In this document: in pieces, positions 39,565 through 53,250 of the stretch | How the letters are laid out: each line of letters starts with the position of its first letter | Position numbering within the stretch: the first letter of the stretch is position 1 | Assembly: GCF_018977255.1 (NCBI RefSeq) | Contig: NW_024704743.1 | Coordinates: forward strand, 21,454,001-21,518,000 | Direction: 5' to 3' | Origin: Callorhinchus milii | Lineage: Eukaryota | DNA length: 64,000 nt | Translations under genes and position numbers: made by a program | The notes under the pieces: generated by a model | Told to the model about the DNA's origin: nothing | Database searches by the model: none | The model's input: only the letters and a program-made list of their open reading frames with translations

Positions 39565-42284
39565 ACAGGATAAGGCAGGAGACCAGAGTAGCCCTCCAGT
39601 AGACCGGAGGCCTCTGCAATGCCTCCGATCGTGTACCCCAACCTCCAACGAGTGTATCCTCACCCTATCCAGCGAGAGAGAGGGGCCTGGGAGCATAAAT
39701 TTTAACAAATAAACCTATACTTAAACAAGTTCTAACAAATAAACTGAGTCGCATGGGCTGGGGCCACTCCATCACACTGCCAGCACAGGTGCAGTGTGTG
39801 TGTGTGTGAATATATGTTCACAGCGTCCCCTGTGACCGAAAAGAGCACCTATGCCTAACTCGCCATATCTGATAACTCATCAGCGAGCCCTTTTCCCTCG
39901 ACGCCCAGACGTTGCCCTACGTGAAGACAAAATAAAATGCAAAGCTGTCGCTGATAGCTGTCTCTATCTGAAGAATCTCACCCCTACCCACCAATCAGGG
40001 ACTTAATACTGGATGACTACCTGTAGAACCATTTATGAATTGTTGCTTTCTGGGGTAAAGAAAGATGTGAAATAATGTTTCTTCATCTTGTAATAAACAG
40101 CACAAAACAAAACACAGGGATGCAAAAGGTACACTGCTTCTCATCTTGCTGCATGATACAAATACAGGCCAACAATAAGATCTTGGAAGTAATTATCAGC
40201 TTCCCAGTGCTCCTGTCAAATTGATTAAATTATACACTTGGAATAAGGTACAAAACATACTGTTTAGTGACACTAATTTGTGAGCTGTTGTGAGCAATAG
40301 TTTTACCAAATGTATTCTTTCTACTCGAATTCTTCAGATAATGATCATTGATGCAATCTTTGCCTTCAGCAAAACAATCTGCAATACATTCTAGTTCTCA
40401 GAATACTCACATCCTGAATTAAATACAGGAATCTGATGTCAGAGTTGTGAGCAGGAAGGCTGTGTCACTGGGATTGATTTAAGGTTTGGATTGAAAATTT
40501 CAATATTTCTGTTAAAGTGGCACGGAAAGCACCAGCTGAGCTGTTAAATATATGTGGGGCTCCTAGTCAGATACGTAAATGCAGGTAATGTGTTAACTAC
40601 ATATACTGAAGTTAGTTGTTTGAATGCAGATTGCTTCATTCTGTCGGTGTACAGATTATGAAGTCGCTATAATTTCTGTCAACTGAAGACGAAAAGGATG
40701 TGGCATATCAAACCAAGAACTCAATAGTACTGCATCATCCACTCCAGTGCAATTCATGCAGCAACATTTTTGGAGCTTAAATAACAATTTGCCACATGAA
40801 AAGTGCTAGCTGCTCAATTTGCCAGACATATTTTACAACGAGGCCTCATCAAATGTTGCATTCATGCTCAACTGATCCTAAAGACTACTAGCTCCCATCA
40901 GTTTTAAGTACACAGGATAATCCAAATATTTTATTCTGCCTCCTTATGTAATACTAATAATAACCTTTGCATTTGATAGAGCGCCTTATTAAGTCATCAA
41001 AATGTCTCAAAGCACTTCAAAACATTTACTGTAAAGTGCAGTGACTTTATTTGTAGCCAAGATAATGCCCATTTCTTTGAATATAAATGACAAAAAGACA
41101 TGTTTGACCAACTGCACTAATAATCTTGACAGCAACGGTCGCGCCTATATACTAAAAGCAAAAAGTGAAATGAAGTACCCCTCTTGAACTAGTAATGTCA
41201 ACCATCGCCTAATACTCTCTGGATAAGCAGGGTGTGTCCCTCTAGGGGGTGAGTACACATTCTGCTCAAGACAGGAAAATTTCCTTGTGTAGGTGGCATA
41301 GATTTGTGCAATTCTCAGTCTGATTCGGATGAAGCATGCTAATGGGCTTCTGAATGAATCACTCAGCTAACGAAAAAAAAGCAAGAGAATATTAAAATGT
41401 CCTAACCAAACATCACTGACAGATATTTATCTCTTCACCCTCCATAAATGTCTCAAAGTCTCAGCCTTAAGACAATCTTAAAATTGTGCAAAGCTCTTGG
41501 GAAACATTCCAAATTAAAATGGAATTGAAGAAATTTCCAAAATTTTGCATGATCTTAAATTTTAGGAAATTAATCATGTGCCATTTAATCTTTCCCACTT
41601 AAAGCAAATTCAGCTTATGTAATCGCCCATTGCAATTTACAGCACCCTTTCTCCGAAGACTGTCCTCAAAACAAATGATTAAGATTCACAGTTGTGGTTT
41701 GCAAAAAAAATTCCCATCAACAGCTACAAGGTCAATATTAAATTTGCATGGAACATTACTGACCAAGGCATTGTGAGGAATTACTTTTATTTTCAAATAC
41801 TGAGATTGCCTCTGTAACAAATGCCCGAAAAAGGAAAATGAAGCCCATTTAATGTCCCATTTGAAGACCAGCATGTCTGACACTGCGGCAGTTCCTGAGT
41901 GCAAGTCAAAATACGGGCCTTGAGCCTACAAACTTCTGCCCCAGAAGTGAACGTACTACCAATATTTTTTTGGTTAGCCGGGTATCTGACACAAGTGAAA
42001 ACCCAGGCTTAAAGAGTATCCAATCCAAACCGAACTGAGAATTCCCTGCCTCCCACCTACACATGAAAATTCCAGAGATAAATTGTTGGAATGGAATACG
42101 CACTCTCTCCCTGGACTGATGTATCCTGCTTCCCTAATCCTGGAAGTATTAGGTGAGGGTTGGCAGAAGTCAAAGCTCGGGGACCCCAAAGTGTGCGCTG
42201 GGGTACTGCTGGAGTCTAACCAGCTAGAACAGCACAGCTTGCCATTGATAGCACTGTCTGGGAAGCATACATGGAAGCATCACA

Positions 42285-42565
42285 CTCGTGTTCAAATCCA
42301 TTCACTCCTTGGCACCTCCCTACATCTCCTGCCTTCTGCCACTCTTCACCCACCCTCTGGAACTCCATCCCGCAATCCCTCCATCTCGCCCTCTCCCTCA
42401 CCACCTTCATGACCCTCCTCTTCGACCGTGCTTTCGATCTCCCTGCCCCCCCCCGCCCCACCCCGACCCCCAGCTCGGGTCTGAAACTCTGTCTGTCCAG
42501 CACCTTGGGACGTCCTCCAACGTGAAAAGCACTATACAGATGTAATTTTGTTGTTGTTGTTGTTG
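42285..42565 (+). mobile_element. L2 LINE 3' fragment
   Basis: 3' UTR, stem-loop and (TTG)n tail. Confidence 0.85.
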
Positions 42566-44399
42566 CTGGACTGCCCTTCCAAGTTCAGCCGATGAGCCAG
42601 GCTGGCTGTGCTGTCATCAGCAGTGCCTCGGAGTACTGCTCAGCAACCAGACTATCGAGACCGTCACAGAAGACTGGCTCAATTCCGTCATTCTGCTACC
42701 AAATGGGGTCAATCTGATACCTAGAAGCGCCCATTTGAAATATGACATCACTAATGATATATACAAGCGTAAAGAATACAATGAATAAGAAAGCAGGGAA
42801 ATGGAAGTTTTAATCTCAATGGGCAGCTCTTTGAAATAAGCATTTCAGTATACCTCTCTGAAATAGTTTTTCAAAGTAAATCAAAACCGTAGGATTAGAG
42901 TTATAAATGAAAGTAAAAGGAAAGGATCTCACTGGAAGAATGAAAATCTGCCAAGCAAGGTAATGGATAAAATTGTTTTGGTTATTTAATATAAAATTAA
43001 GACAAATTGATGTCAGTTGGAAGAAGGAGCTTTACCTAGCCAAGCTTCTTTTGTCATGTTGTCACCTTTTTTTTAAGATAATATACATGTATATAATAGC
43101 CTATGGCCATTAAACTCATTTTCTATTTGTATAAACACAAGTACATCTTTAACTAATTACAATATGATCAATTTGGAATGAGTACCCAAGTAATCCTAAA
43201 ATAAATAAAATACTCAAGAACCATCTCAGTTGCCAACAGCACAAATCCAAATAGGAAACACCTCCCAGGCTCAAATGGCTAGATGGCACAACTCATCTTT
43301 AATATAACCTGCTCAAAGTTGCAGTTTTGTGTAACTTTTGGCACTTTGAATGCAGCTCATAGCCGCAACTCAAATAAAAAAAGTCAAAAAAGGGAGCAAC
43401 AATCTGATAGTGCAGGTTAATTTCACGCTTTGCTCACAAAGACAGGCACATACTTTGCAAAATAACTCTTCGAAAACATTTCAACAAGACTATATCAAAT
43501 TCAAAGATTAACAACATACTGCTGGTGATCCCACATTTCTGATCTTTGCCACAAAAACCCAACAACCCAGAGCACTAAAACCAGGCAACAAAGTGAAAGT
43601 TAAAGATACTATTGTACAATTCTAAAAGAGAGCTCAACTTTCAACTAAATAGTTTGGATAATTTTCAGCACCCCATAGTAAATCTTCCCAACATACTGCT
43701 AACAAGAGTGGTTTGATCCACAAGTTGCAGTGAAACAGAACATTCTGGTTTGTCAAGAATTACGGTCAGAGAAATTTGCAATTACCTTAATCAGTACTTT
43801 TTTTTAATACTTTTTGAAAATTGAACAGTTTCTTCATTTCACAACAAAATTTAAACTGTACAAGAAAACAAAACATTGAGGCAAAAATATTTAGGGTACG
43901 TCTATTGCTATTTTTTTAAAAAATGAAATCTAATGTTGATACAATTTGTTCTGTATTTTATAGCACTTATCAGGGCAAAACTGCTCAAAACACTTCATAT
44001 ACAATTACTAATAAGTATTTCCAGGTAAACCACGACAATCACAAATAGTCAGAAGTTGTATGATCAATTAATCTGGAGAATTGTTATGCCACTAGGAAAA
44101 CAATCTTCTGATCCAGAGATAAGATTGCTGCCATCTGAGCCAGTAAACAAATGGTTAAGTACTTAAGGGTTGAATTTTTACTATAGTAAGTTCCAAAAGA
44201 AACAAGGATTAGTTTGATTTGATTAATTATTTCAATACATTGGCATCAGAATGGAGATACAAATTCAAACTGGGGCTATTCGGGGGAGGGGGAGGATAGG
44301 AAGGAGAAGCAGATGTGGCAAGAAAACTGGTTCCAGCTTTCAGATGGACTGAGAATGCAGATTACACAAGTGTGGCTTGTTGCTGAAAAGATGAACACT

Positions 44400-44830
44400 G
44401 TACCTAAAGAAACAAGGTTTGTGTCTTCCCGGCAATAACCTAGTGGCACAAACATATATATGGATGTGATTCCCAGTCGGTGCTGAGCGAGGTGACCTCA
44501 GCTTGAGCAATGTGTGAAGTATTACAATTGGCCTCTGCTCTCCTGGGCTAGGGGACAAAAGTGAAATTCCATTCTATTCCTGCTACTAGTAATCACTAAC
44601 CAGTAAAGTCCACTAAAGGTTCATGTGTGGGGACATTATTCAGGAACAGGATCAGACGGCTGTGTGGTCCTCCATGCAACAACTGGCTGCTCCATGCTCA
44701 CATTCCAGACTTGCACCGGAAGAATGGTCACTTGAGTGAGGGACAAAGCACTGGAAGACATTGGCACCTCTATCGGTATAGTCTAGCGTGAAATCAATGC
44801 CTTCATGTGACCTTTCAATCACATTTGATA
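44400..44830 (+). repeat. Old diverged SINE-like repeat, distinct from the two Deu families
   Basis: Shares blocks (gtgctgag..aggtgacctcagc; gaatggtcacttgagtgagg) with ~53860-54180(-), 49270-49540 and 48750-48845. Confidence 0.5.
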
Positions 44831-45620
44831 TACGTGGTTGGGCCAAATGGCCTATTGCTGTGGTGCATCACTATGTAATTTTATGTAACAAACAGGCATT
44901 AAGTGAATGACCAATTTTATTTGGGGGATTGTTTGCTAGGACACTTGGAGAAACTCCCTTCTCTTGTGCGTTCACATACGTTTTGTGTATCCAGTGAAGA
45001 AAATTCAGTTTAAAAAAAATTAAGCTTTCAAAAAATAGGAAAAAACAAATTACGTACAAATTTAGTCACAGCTTCAATAACATACTTTGTGGGTAGTGAG
45101 CAAAGACATTCACTACAGAAAACCTATGCCTTCCAACAACTGGAAATAAAAGAAACGTAAATCAGAACAACAAATAACATTAAAACACGTGACGAAAAAA
45201 GAAAAACAAACCTTGGAACTACTCAACATTTTGTATATACAAGATACACAAAGTTCTACTTAGTCCTATCCTGTAAGACCAAGACTATTTTGTCTTAAAT
45301 TTTAAGACTACACAGTATTGTCAAAATTAATAATAATAGCATTTGATACAGTGCCTTATCATGTCTTTGAGATGTCTCAAAGCACTTCACAGAATATGCT
45401 GTAAAGTGAATTCACTGTATATTCCATGGACTAAGTTCTTCAATTCAATGGTAATTTAGAAATGTATTTGTTAACAAAGTGGCTTCCAAATTAGAAGTGA
45501 TTAAGAATTTTCCATAATTTTCTTTGGGCAAGACTAGACAGAATTTTGCTTGGATTGTATGCTTAGTGCTCTTCCTTTGCCAGCAGTGTCAACACCCAAT
45601 CTTAGCCATGGTTATCCAAG

Positions 45621-45935
45621 GTGGAGTCCTGTAGTTTAGTGGTTAGAGCACTTGCATCAAAAGCGAGAAGACCTGAGTTCGCTTCCCAGGCAGGGCAAAG
45701 CATTGGGCAAGTTTTCTTCTTCCACACACCTCTGTTTACCTAGCAGTAAATAATTCCTCCAAAAAACCAAAGAATGATAATTTAGTCACTCAATCCACGA
45801 CTGTTTGTGGGACACTGCTGTGCACGATTGGCTGCAGTCAATTTATTTTACAGTATATTCTGCAAAGCGCTTTGAGACGTCTCGAAGACGTAATAAGGCG
45901 CTATATCTAATGCAAGGATTATTATTATTATTATA
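45621..45935 (+). mobile_element. Young SINE with internal deletions
   Basis: Head gtggagtcctgtagtttagtggttagagc, Deu-like core, (ATT)n tail. Confidence 0.88.
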
Positions 45936-46906
45936 AGGTTAACTGCAATGCTTAACTGCAATATCTCATGTTTTCAGCTAGTCACCATGTTCTCATTTTT
46001 TCAATGGGGTTGACTGTTGCAATATACCCAACTTAGTCACATACGTTCTGAAGTAAACAGCCATGTGTAATATGCTCAAAGTCAACCATAGAGACGCCAC
46101 ATTCACAGAACTGGCAATTCAGCAAAGAAAACTGATGAACCAGTAAAAAGAGTATGTATGGGCAAATTTGTGCAGTGCTCATAGACACATGCAAGATAAA
46201 GTCAACATTAAAAGAGCGTGCCCTTGGACCAACTCCACCCCTCGCCCCCCCCCCCCACTGCCCCCTCTCCTTCTGTACTGCCACAACCATTAGCTATCCA
46301 GAATTCTGAAGAACACACCAAACTAATCCTGATTATGAATGAATCAAGATAAAATCGTCCCTTTCAGACAAAAAAAAACAGACTTGGTCAGCAAAACAAG
46401 TACTGTGATTATATACATCATGACAAATTGCAAACGTAGCTCGAATCTTCTTCCCATATAAACCTCCATTCACCAAACATCCAATTTGTAATATATTGTC
46501 AAAATTAAATAACTTAATTAATTTCATAAATTAACTGATGCAATACAGACAAACTTCAAATATGACACTAAAGTAAACCAATCGCGAAATAACACAAAGC
46601 AGTTGACTGGATTAACAGAGTTAACATTCTAAGGCCTCTTTTTATATTGGATTCACAGCACACAGTGCACATTGAGCTTTTCATATATAACAGGAAATGC
46701 AACTCCTAACCATTTGTCAACAGAAATAGCGACTTAACAGCTTGGGTTTAAATACATGCACTGCAATGCCGTTGCCAGCAGCCTGGTGCAGAATGTTGCA
46801 GCTTTATATGAAAAGGCTCTTTGCCAGCTCCAAACATACTCCATACAAGAAGCTGCACTTCTAGACTAGGGGTCAAAAGTAAACAACATAAAAAGCAATG
46901 ACAAAC

Positions 46907-46990
46907 CTGATCATTCCAGTTGCAGTACAGGCTGCAGATCAAGCCCCAGTTGTAATTGACCATGCAATCAAACACACTCAACTGGGCCAT
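46907..46990 (-). CDS. ARHGAP21: Candidate alternative first coding exon (MAQLSVFDCMVNYNWGLICSLYCNWNDQ)
   Basis: Strong Kozak context gcaggcATGG, 28 whole codons, then CAG|gtttgt. Phase 0 fits the 180-nt exon. Lies in repeat-free, relatively GC/CpG-richer sequence. No homology confirmed. Confidence 0.5.
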
Positions 46991-47899
46991 GCCTGCTCTT
47001 GTTGCAGTCTGCGTCTCTCTATCAGCTCCGTCACAACCAGCTCTCGTTCCTGCGCCACAGAAAGAAGCTGGAGCCTGTGCCGTGATGCGATTCACACATG
47101 AAAAGGCCCTTCTCCTCCGCCCATCTGTCAACCCAGTATGGTGGCTGACCACAACTTGCAGTTCGAAGAAATGAATTGGCAGTGAAGTAATCAAATTAAC
47201 TAACTGAACACTCCTCAAAACAGACAACTACAAAAAAAAGCTTAGGTAAATCTTCAGAGCATTGCTCCTTCACAGCCACATCGAACCACAACACCTTATT
47301 TGAATGGTGGTCAGACGGGGCTTATCAAGCTGACAGCTGACAACCTGATCTGCAAATCCAAGTCCATCTGCTCTGTCACCAGGATGCGGCTTTAGCCACA
47401 TTGTACAGATGCTTAGTTACCAAATCAGCATTTCACTTTTCAAAAAAAAAAGCTGTCTTTGGTTTTCCCGTATTCAGAATCAACAACAATGTCCAATTGA
47501 AGTTAACACTTTCAGGGCCCCACATACAAAAGCAGAGAAAACTAGAAAGCACTCCTTTAAAATTGAAACAATGTGGTGTTGCCAATTAACCTAACAGCTT
47601 AATACCATTTTTATATTTTGAGTTTGCCTCCAATGCCAAGTCTATACGCAGAAGCAACTAGTAAATGCAGTTTTGCCAGCTCCAGAAAAGCAAGAGCTCC
47701 ACTCAGAGTCAGATTTCTCCACTTGCCACTGGACAGTAGAAGTAAAAATCTAAAGATTATGTCCCACACCTACAGAAGCATCACAGTGACATTGAGGCAT
47801 TCACGTGTATGAACTAATGTTAAGGAGCTCTTTTTGCAATACACACATAAACAACTTTATTCCCGTAATTCTGTCACCATTATTTGGCAAGTGGGTATC

Positions 47900-48370
47900 A
47901 CAACGACAAATCGCATTTATGTAGCGTCAATCACGTTGGGAGGATTCAAAGGCTCTGGACAGTGAAGTACTTGTATCCGAGCTGGGTGCTGGAGTCGAGA
48001 TGGGTGGAGGGCAAGGGAGGGGTAGAGGTGGTAAGATGACTAAAGGTACGGTCAAACAAGAACTCGAGACAGGTTTTGAAGGAGACAAGTGAGGGGGCGA
48101 GGCAGAGGGATTCCAGGATGGAGTTCCAGAGGATGGCAGCAGAAAGCCCGACCACTGATGGTAGAGCGGCCAGGGCTGGGGACATGGTGTAGACCAGTGG
48201 AGGGAGCGGACAGGATGGTAATGTTTTAGTGAATCACAGATGTGGGGAGGAGCAAGACCATGGAGAGCTTTAAAAGCGAGGACGAGCATCTTGATCTCAA
48301 TCCTCTGGGGAATGGGGAGCCAGTGAAACAGGGCAGAGATCGAAAAGGATAAGGAGATAGAGAGACCTTG
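47900..48370 (-). mobile_element. L2 LINE 3' fragment, more diverged
   Basis: MLVLAFKALHGLAPPHICD on the minus strand. Confidence 0.85.
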
Positions 48371-48854
48371 TTCACAGATGGGGCGAATGTTATGGTAACT
48401 TTGACTAAGGCGGAAAAAAATCCTCTATTAGTTTATACATTATGAATCTAATCTTTGCAATACAAACATACCTGTGCAAACACAGAGGCAAATGTCTGTT
48501 CGGGTGGACATTAAAGATCCCACTATTTGGAAACAGAAAGGAATTTCCCCTGGTGTCCTGGCCACCAATCTCCCAGAGAATATTGGTCATTCACTTCATT
48601 GCTGGTTTGTTCGACATTGCTGTGCCGCCAATTGGCTGCCACGTTTGCCTACAAATACAGTCCATAACATCCTGTAAAAAAATTCAACAATGCGATGAGA
48701 TGCTATATCAAATGCAAGGATCATTATTAGCCACAGCATAGTCTGACAAGATTCCAGCCTCAAATCCTGAGCCAAGTTAGCTCGTCTCAGCATGGGGTGT
48801 TGATTACTGGATTAGATAGGGAAAAAAAATCAGAAGTACTATCCCTTTATTGGC

Positions 48855-49030
48855 ATAATAATCCTTGCATTTGATATAACACCTTATTACGTCTCCGAGC
48901 CATCTCAAAACGCTTCACAGAATAAAGTGTAGTGACTGTATATTTTGTGGGCGAAACGCAGCAGCCAATTCCGCCCAGCAGTGTCCCACAAACAGTCGTG
49001 GATTGAGTGACCAAATTATTTTTTTTTGGC
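48855..49030 (-). mobile_element. Young SINE 3' half
   Basis: Deu-like core and tail on the minus strand. Confidence 0.85.
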
Positions 49031-50377
49031 AGTCTGCATGTACGCATGTCAGGTAAAGATGAAATTGGTCACAGCTACAATATTCCCCAGAACAAAGTAA
49101 CCTGCCAACACTCACTCTGTAAGCTCACTTAGATCAATTTGGCAAAGTAATGGAATCATATGCCAGGAGAAAGGAGGCGGAGGAGATTGAGAGAAAATTT
49201 TGCAGAAAAAAGGATTGAATATATTTTCCCCCACTAAGATTCCCACCTTTCTCTATTTTCAGTCAAAGTCTGTCACTTAATACTAAGGCATTATCCCTGC
49301 TCATCTTGTTTGTGGCTAATTTACATGTGTGAACCCAAGCACGATGTGCCAGGAGACAAGTCATCCATGTGCAGCATCACAGCCAATTCCAATCTGCCGC
49401 TCACCAAACAGTCACAAACAAGCTCCCCCAAAGACTCAGCGAGTTCCTTCACTGAATAGCTGATCCAGAGAGAGAAAAAAAGTTCCAGGTTAAATCCTTG
49501 GGCTATGCTGACTTAGTTGATCTTATGCACACAATGGATAGGAATGTGATTTTGAGAGCCCACATCCTCAGAACACTAGAGCACAAAAGCATTGATCTTC
49601 CCGAGTTCTCAAATTAAAGACAGCAATGCTTAGGAAAGGAATGCACGTCGCTCCGCCTCACGTTTGTAGATGATCTCAAGAGGAGCACTTTCCACTTGGA
49701 CTAAGACATATAAACAGCGTTGTCTCTTGTAGGTCCCACCCTATCAGAGAGGAACACAGAGGAAATACTGTACATTCCAATACCTAATTTACCAGCCTCC
49801 ATTTAACAATAGTGTTAATTACATTTTGTTTACAAAGGAAACAACTGTTTAGTTTGATGAAAATCCTCATGATTTTCACATGGGAAGCAAATACTCTGTA
49901 CATAGCAAGTAAGCGATACTTCCGTCCAATGAAAGAAACATTGATTGGAAAAAACATAAACAGATGATTTCCTGAATTAAATTAGACTTATTCACGAAAT
50001 GTAAGGATTTATTATTAAACTTAATGTAACCTTTGGCCAAAAGAAAGAGCTAGAGAAATAGGACAAAACACTTTTTTCTTCAAATTCGTGCAACAATGTA
50101 AACCCTTTCCCCAGTAATTGCAACCTGCGTCTCTAAACTGGTCTGTCAAAAGCTACGTTGTATGTTTAAAAACCTAATGGGTCACACAGTCAGAATTGAC
50201 CATTCACCAAGTCTACAAGTGCAACTTGGTAGGAAATCCTGACAAGGCAGTCAATACCAGTAACCTGAAGATCAGGAACAGGAGGTTATTTGGCGTTAAA
50301 GAAAACATAAGAATCTTGTGATCATTTACACAGTCCCTCTTGGTAACATCATCCGCAGACATGGGGTCAACTTTCTA

Positions 50378-51075
50378 CATCAACAACAAAATTACATTTA
50401 CAGAGCGCCTTTCACGTCGGGAAGACGTCCCAAAGCACTGAAGAGTTAAGTGTCGGGGCCCAAGCATGGTGGAGGGGTGGTGTAGGGGTGAGGGAAGGCA
50501 GAGTTGGGAGGGCGACCAAAGGCACGATCGAAGAGAAGGGTCTTGAGACCGGCCTTGAAGGAGGCAAGGGAGGAAGCGAGGCGAAGGGACCACGGGATGG
50601 CATTCCACATGTATGCAGACGACACCCAAATCTAGTTCTCCAGCTGGGACTCCAGGTCCATTGCTGTAACCTCCTCACCCGCTCCACAAAAAAACAATTG
50701 ACTACAAACTCCACCACCCATATCCTCACCCACACCAAACCTCCATTACCCCAGTCTTTGTCAGGTTCTACTGGTTCCCAATTGCAAACAATCTAATTCA
50801 AGATCCTCACATTCATTTACAAATCACTTCATGCTTTATCACGTCCCTACCTCTCCAACCTGCTTACTCCCCACTCCACTACCTGCCACCTGCAATCAGT
50901 TGACTCCGGCACATCCTTCCTCACCTCCACCATCGGTGGCTATGCTTCCAGCCACCATAACCTGAAACTACAAGACTCTGCCTTAATCCCTCGATCTTGC
51001 CTTCTCCTTGCCCGTCTTCAAATCACACCTGAAGATCTTCCTCCTCAAACGTGCTTGGGATCACCTCCCCACTCT
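50378..51075. mobile_element. Two L2 fragments: 50378-50605 (minus) and ~50660-51075 (plus, older)
   Basis: Both match the L2 3' region. Confidence 0.75.
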
Positions 51076-51947
51076 CGGCATCAATTACAAAATTTGCTGT
51101 AGTGTTTTTGTCCACAACATACAGCACTTCTGTGAAGCGCTTTGAGACATCTCAACAATGTGATAAGGCGCTTTATCAAATCCAATGATTATTGTTATTT
51201 TATTATTATCAAGCTCCACCATTGTTAAGTGCTCCGAGACACTGCCTCATGTGAAAAGTGATATATAACTGCAAATTGCTGTTGAATAACAGATTATAAA
51301 GATATTAGGGCTGAATGATGGCTTGTGACCAATGCTTAAAGGAGACTGCACAGGACCCAGAAAACCAGCACATTTATCATAGCCATAAAAATGACATGAA
51401 ATGGGAATCATTTGGTGCAATGTTTGACAATGCTCCAGAAAAAAAATCCCTGCTAACAACAAACAGTGATTCTGACTTATTGATAAGTTCCTTGTAGAAT
51501 TCAATCCTATATTCTCTAAACCTACAAGAAATCCAACGGTGACATAATTGTAGTCAAGGTCATCTGCATTGTATGACATATCGTCAAGCCTTTACACTGC
51601 ATTTCAAGCATATTTCACAATTCAAAATCAGTGTATGCATGCAAGCCGTCACTGGGTTAGGTATGTGGCATTCAATGCATTTTATGAGTTTGTGTCAGTG
51701 CTCAAAGTGGGTTGACCGCAGCCTAAGTTGTCTGAAATGCAAAACAGTATCAGCAAATACAGGACAATGTGTTTTAATACAGAAAATAACCTCCCAGATA
51801 TTTTTTAAGTTTCTCAAGGCCTACATTTGCAGCAAAAAACAGGAGGAAAATCAGGGGGCTGGAAATATGACAAAATAAAAGTACATTTGGTGAAAAGTCT
51901 GTAACATCTCAAAATCTCAATGCAAGCCAAATACTAATAAAACAAAC

Positions 51948-52242
51948 GTGGAGTCCTGTAGCTCAGTGGTTAGAGTACTTGCCTCACAAGTGCAAGACCT
52001 GGGTTTGATTCCCACAGGGCAACCTTGGGCAAGTTTCCTTACTCCACATGCCTGATAATAAACCCTCAAGAAAAAAACAATAAAAACAATTTACTGTTTG
52101 TGAGATACTGCTGTGCACAATTAGCTGCTGCACTCACCCACAAATATACAGTCAATTCAGTTTACAATATTTTCTGTGTAACGCTTTGAGACCTCTAGAA
52201 GTCATGAAAAGAGCTATATCAAATGTAAGGATTATTATTATT
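51948..52242 (+). mobile_element. Young SINE, short variant
   Basis: Head gtggagtcctgtagctcagtggttagag through the (ATT)n tail. Confidence 0.88.
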
Positions 52243-52759
52243 TATGAGCACATTTATTAATACAGTAAAGAGCGTATTATGTGTCAAATTTCAAACAGCG
52301 CAGATAACAAGACATCATTCATAATACAAATCTTTGGGCTTGCTGTGCACAAAATGGCTGGCAAATTTGCATAAATAAATAGCTACTGAACTTGCAGTAA
52401 TTTCTATAAAGCACTTTGAGACGTTTGTGCTAGAAAAACACAAGTTCTTTCCTTCTCTTTTTGAATGTACATCTGCAGAGTGGTCTCCAAGTTCTAGTTG
52501 GGAAAGGAATATGGCAGGATTGCCGAATGTTTAAGATAAGGAAGAAACTATTGTTAGTGGAGGGAATAATAATGGAGATGTTTATTCTGGATCTTCCACT
52601 TGATTATATTTGCTCTTCAAGTATCAATGCAATACTGTTGCACAAGAGATACAATGTTCAGATGAGAAATATTGTATTGCTGTGGAAGGAGTGGGTTTTC
52701 GATGAGCTAAATTCCCCATGTTTCCCATTTTGAAGAGTCCACTTTAGCAGTCGTAAATC

Positions 52760-53250
52760 ATTTCATTTGATGTAGCGCATCATCATACTGAAACATTTCA
52801 ACATGCTACACAAAAAATACACTGAAGTGTAGTGGCTATCTATGTGTAGGTGAATAAGGCAGGCAATTTGCACATAGCAATGTCCCACAAACAACCATGA
52901 TGGGAATAACAATTGTTTTTTTTTTTAAATCAGAGAATTGTTGGCCAGAACACCATGAGAAACTCCCTTCTCTTTTCAAATAATGTCATGGGAACTTTAA
53001 CGTCCAACTGAACAAGCAGACCGGACCTCAGTTTAATATCTTACATAATGGGCAGCACCTGTAACAATGCAGTGCTCCCTGAGCACTGTATTCGAACATC
53101 AGCCTTGGATTATGCGCTCAGAGCCCCAAAGTGGGTTTGAACCAAAAACCTTCTGAACTCAGAGAACCAAGCTCTCAAGATGTTACCCCATATAAAGGAT
53201 GCTGTATAAATGCAAATTGTTGTGGCTATCAACTGAGGCAGGCAGGCACT
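52760..53250 (-). mobile_element. Older DeuSINE
   Basis: Reverse complement of the same family. Similar remnants at ~13050-13370(-), 27000-27300(-), 41700-41950(-), 16815-16920 plus 17471-17800(+), 29870-30040(+), 48480-48730(+) and 61720-62000(+). Confidence 0.7.
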
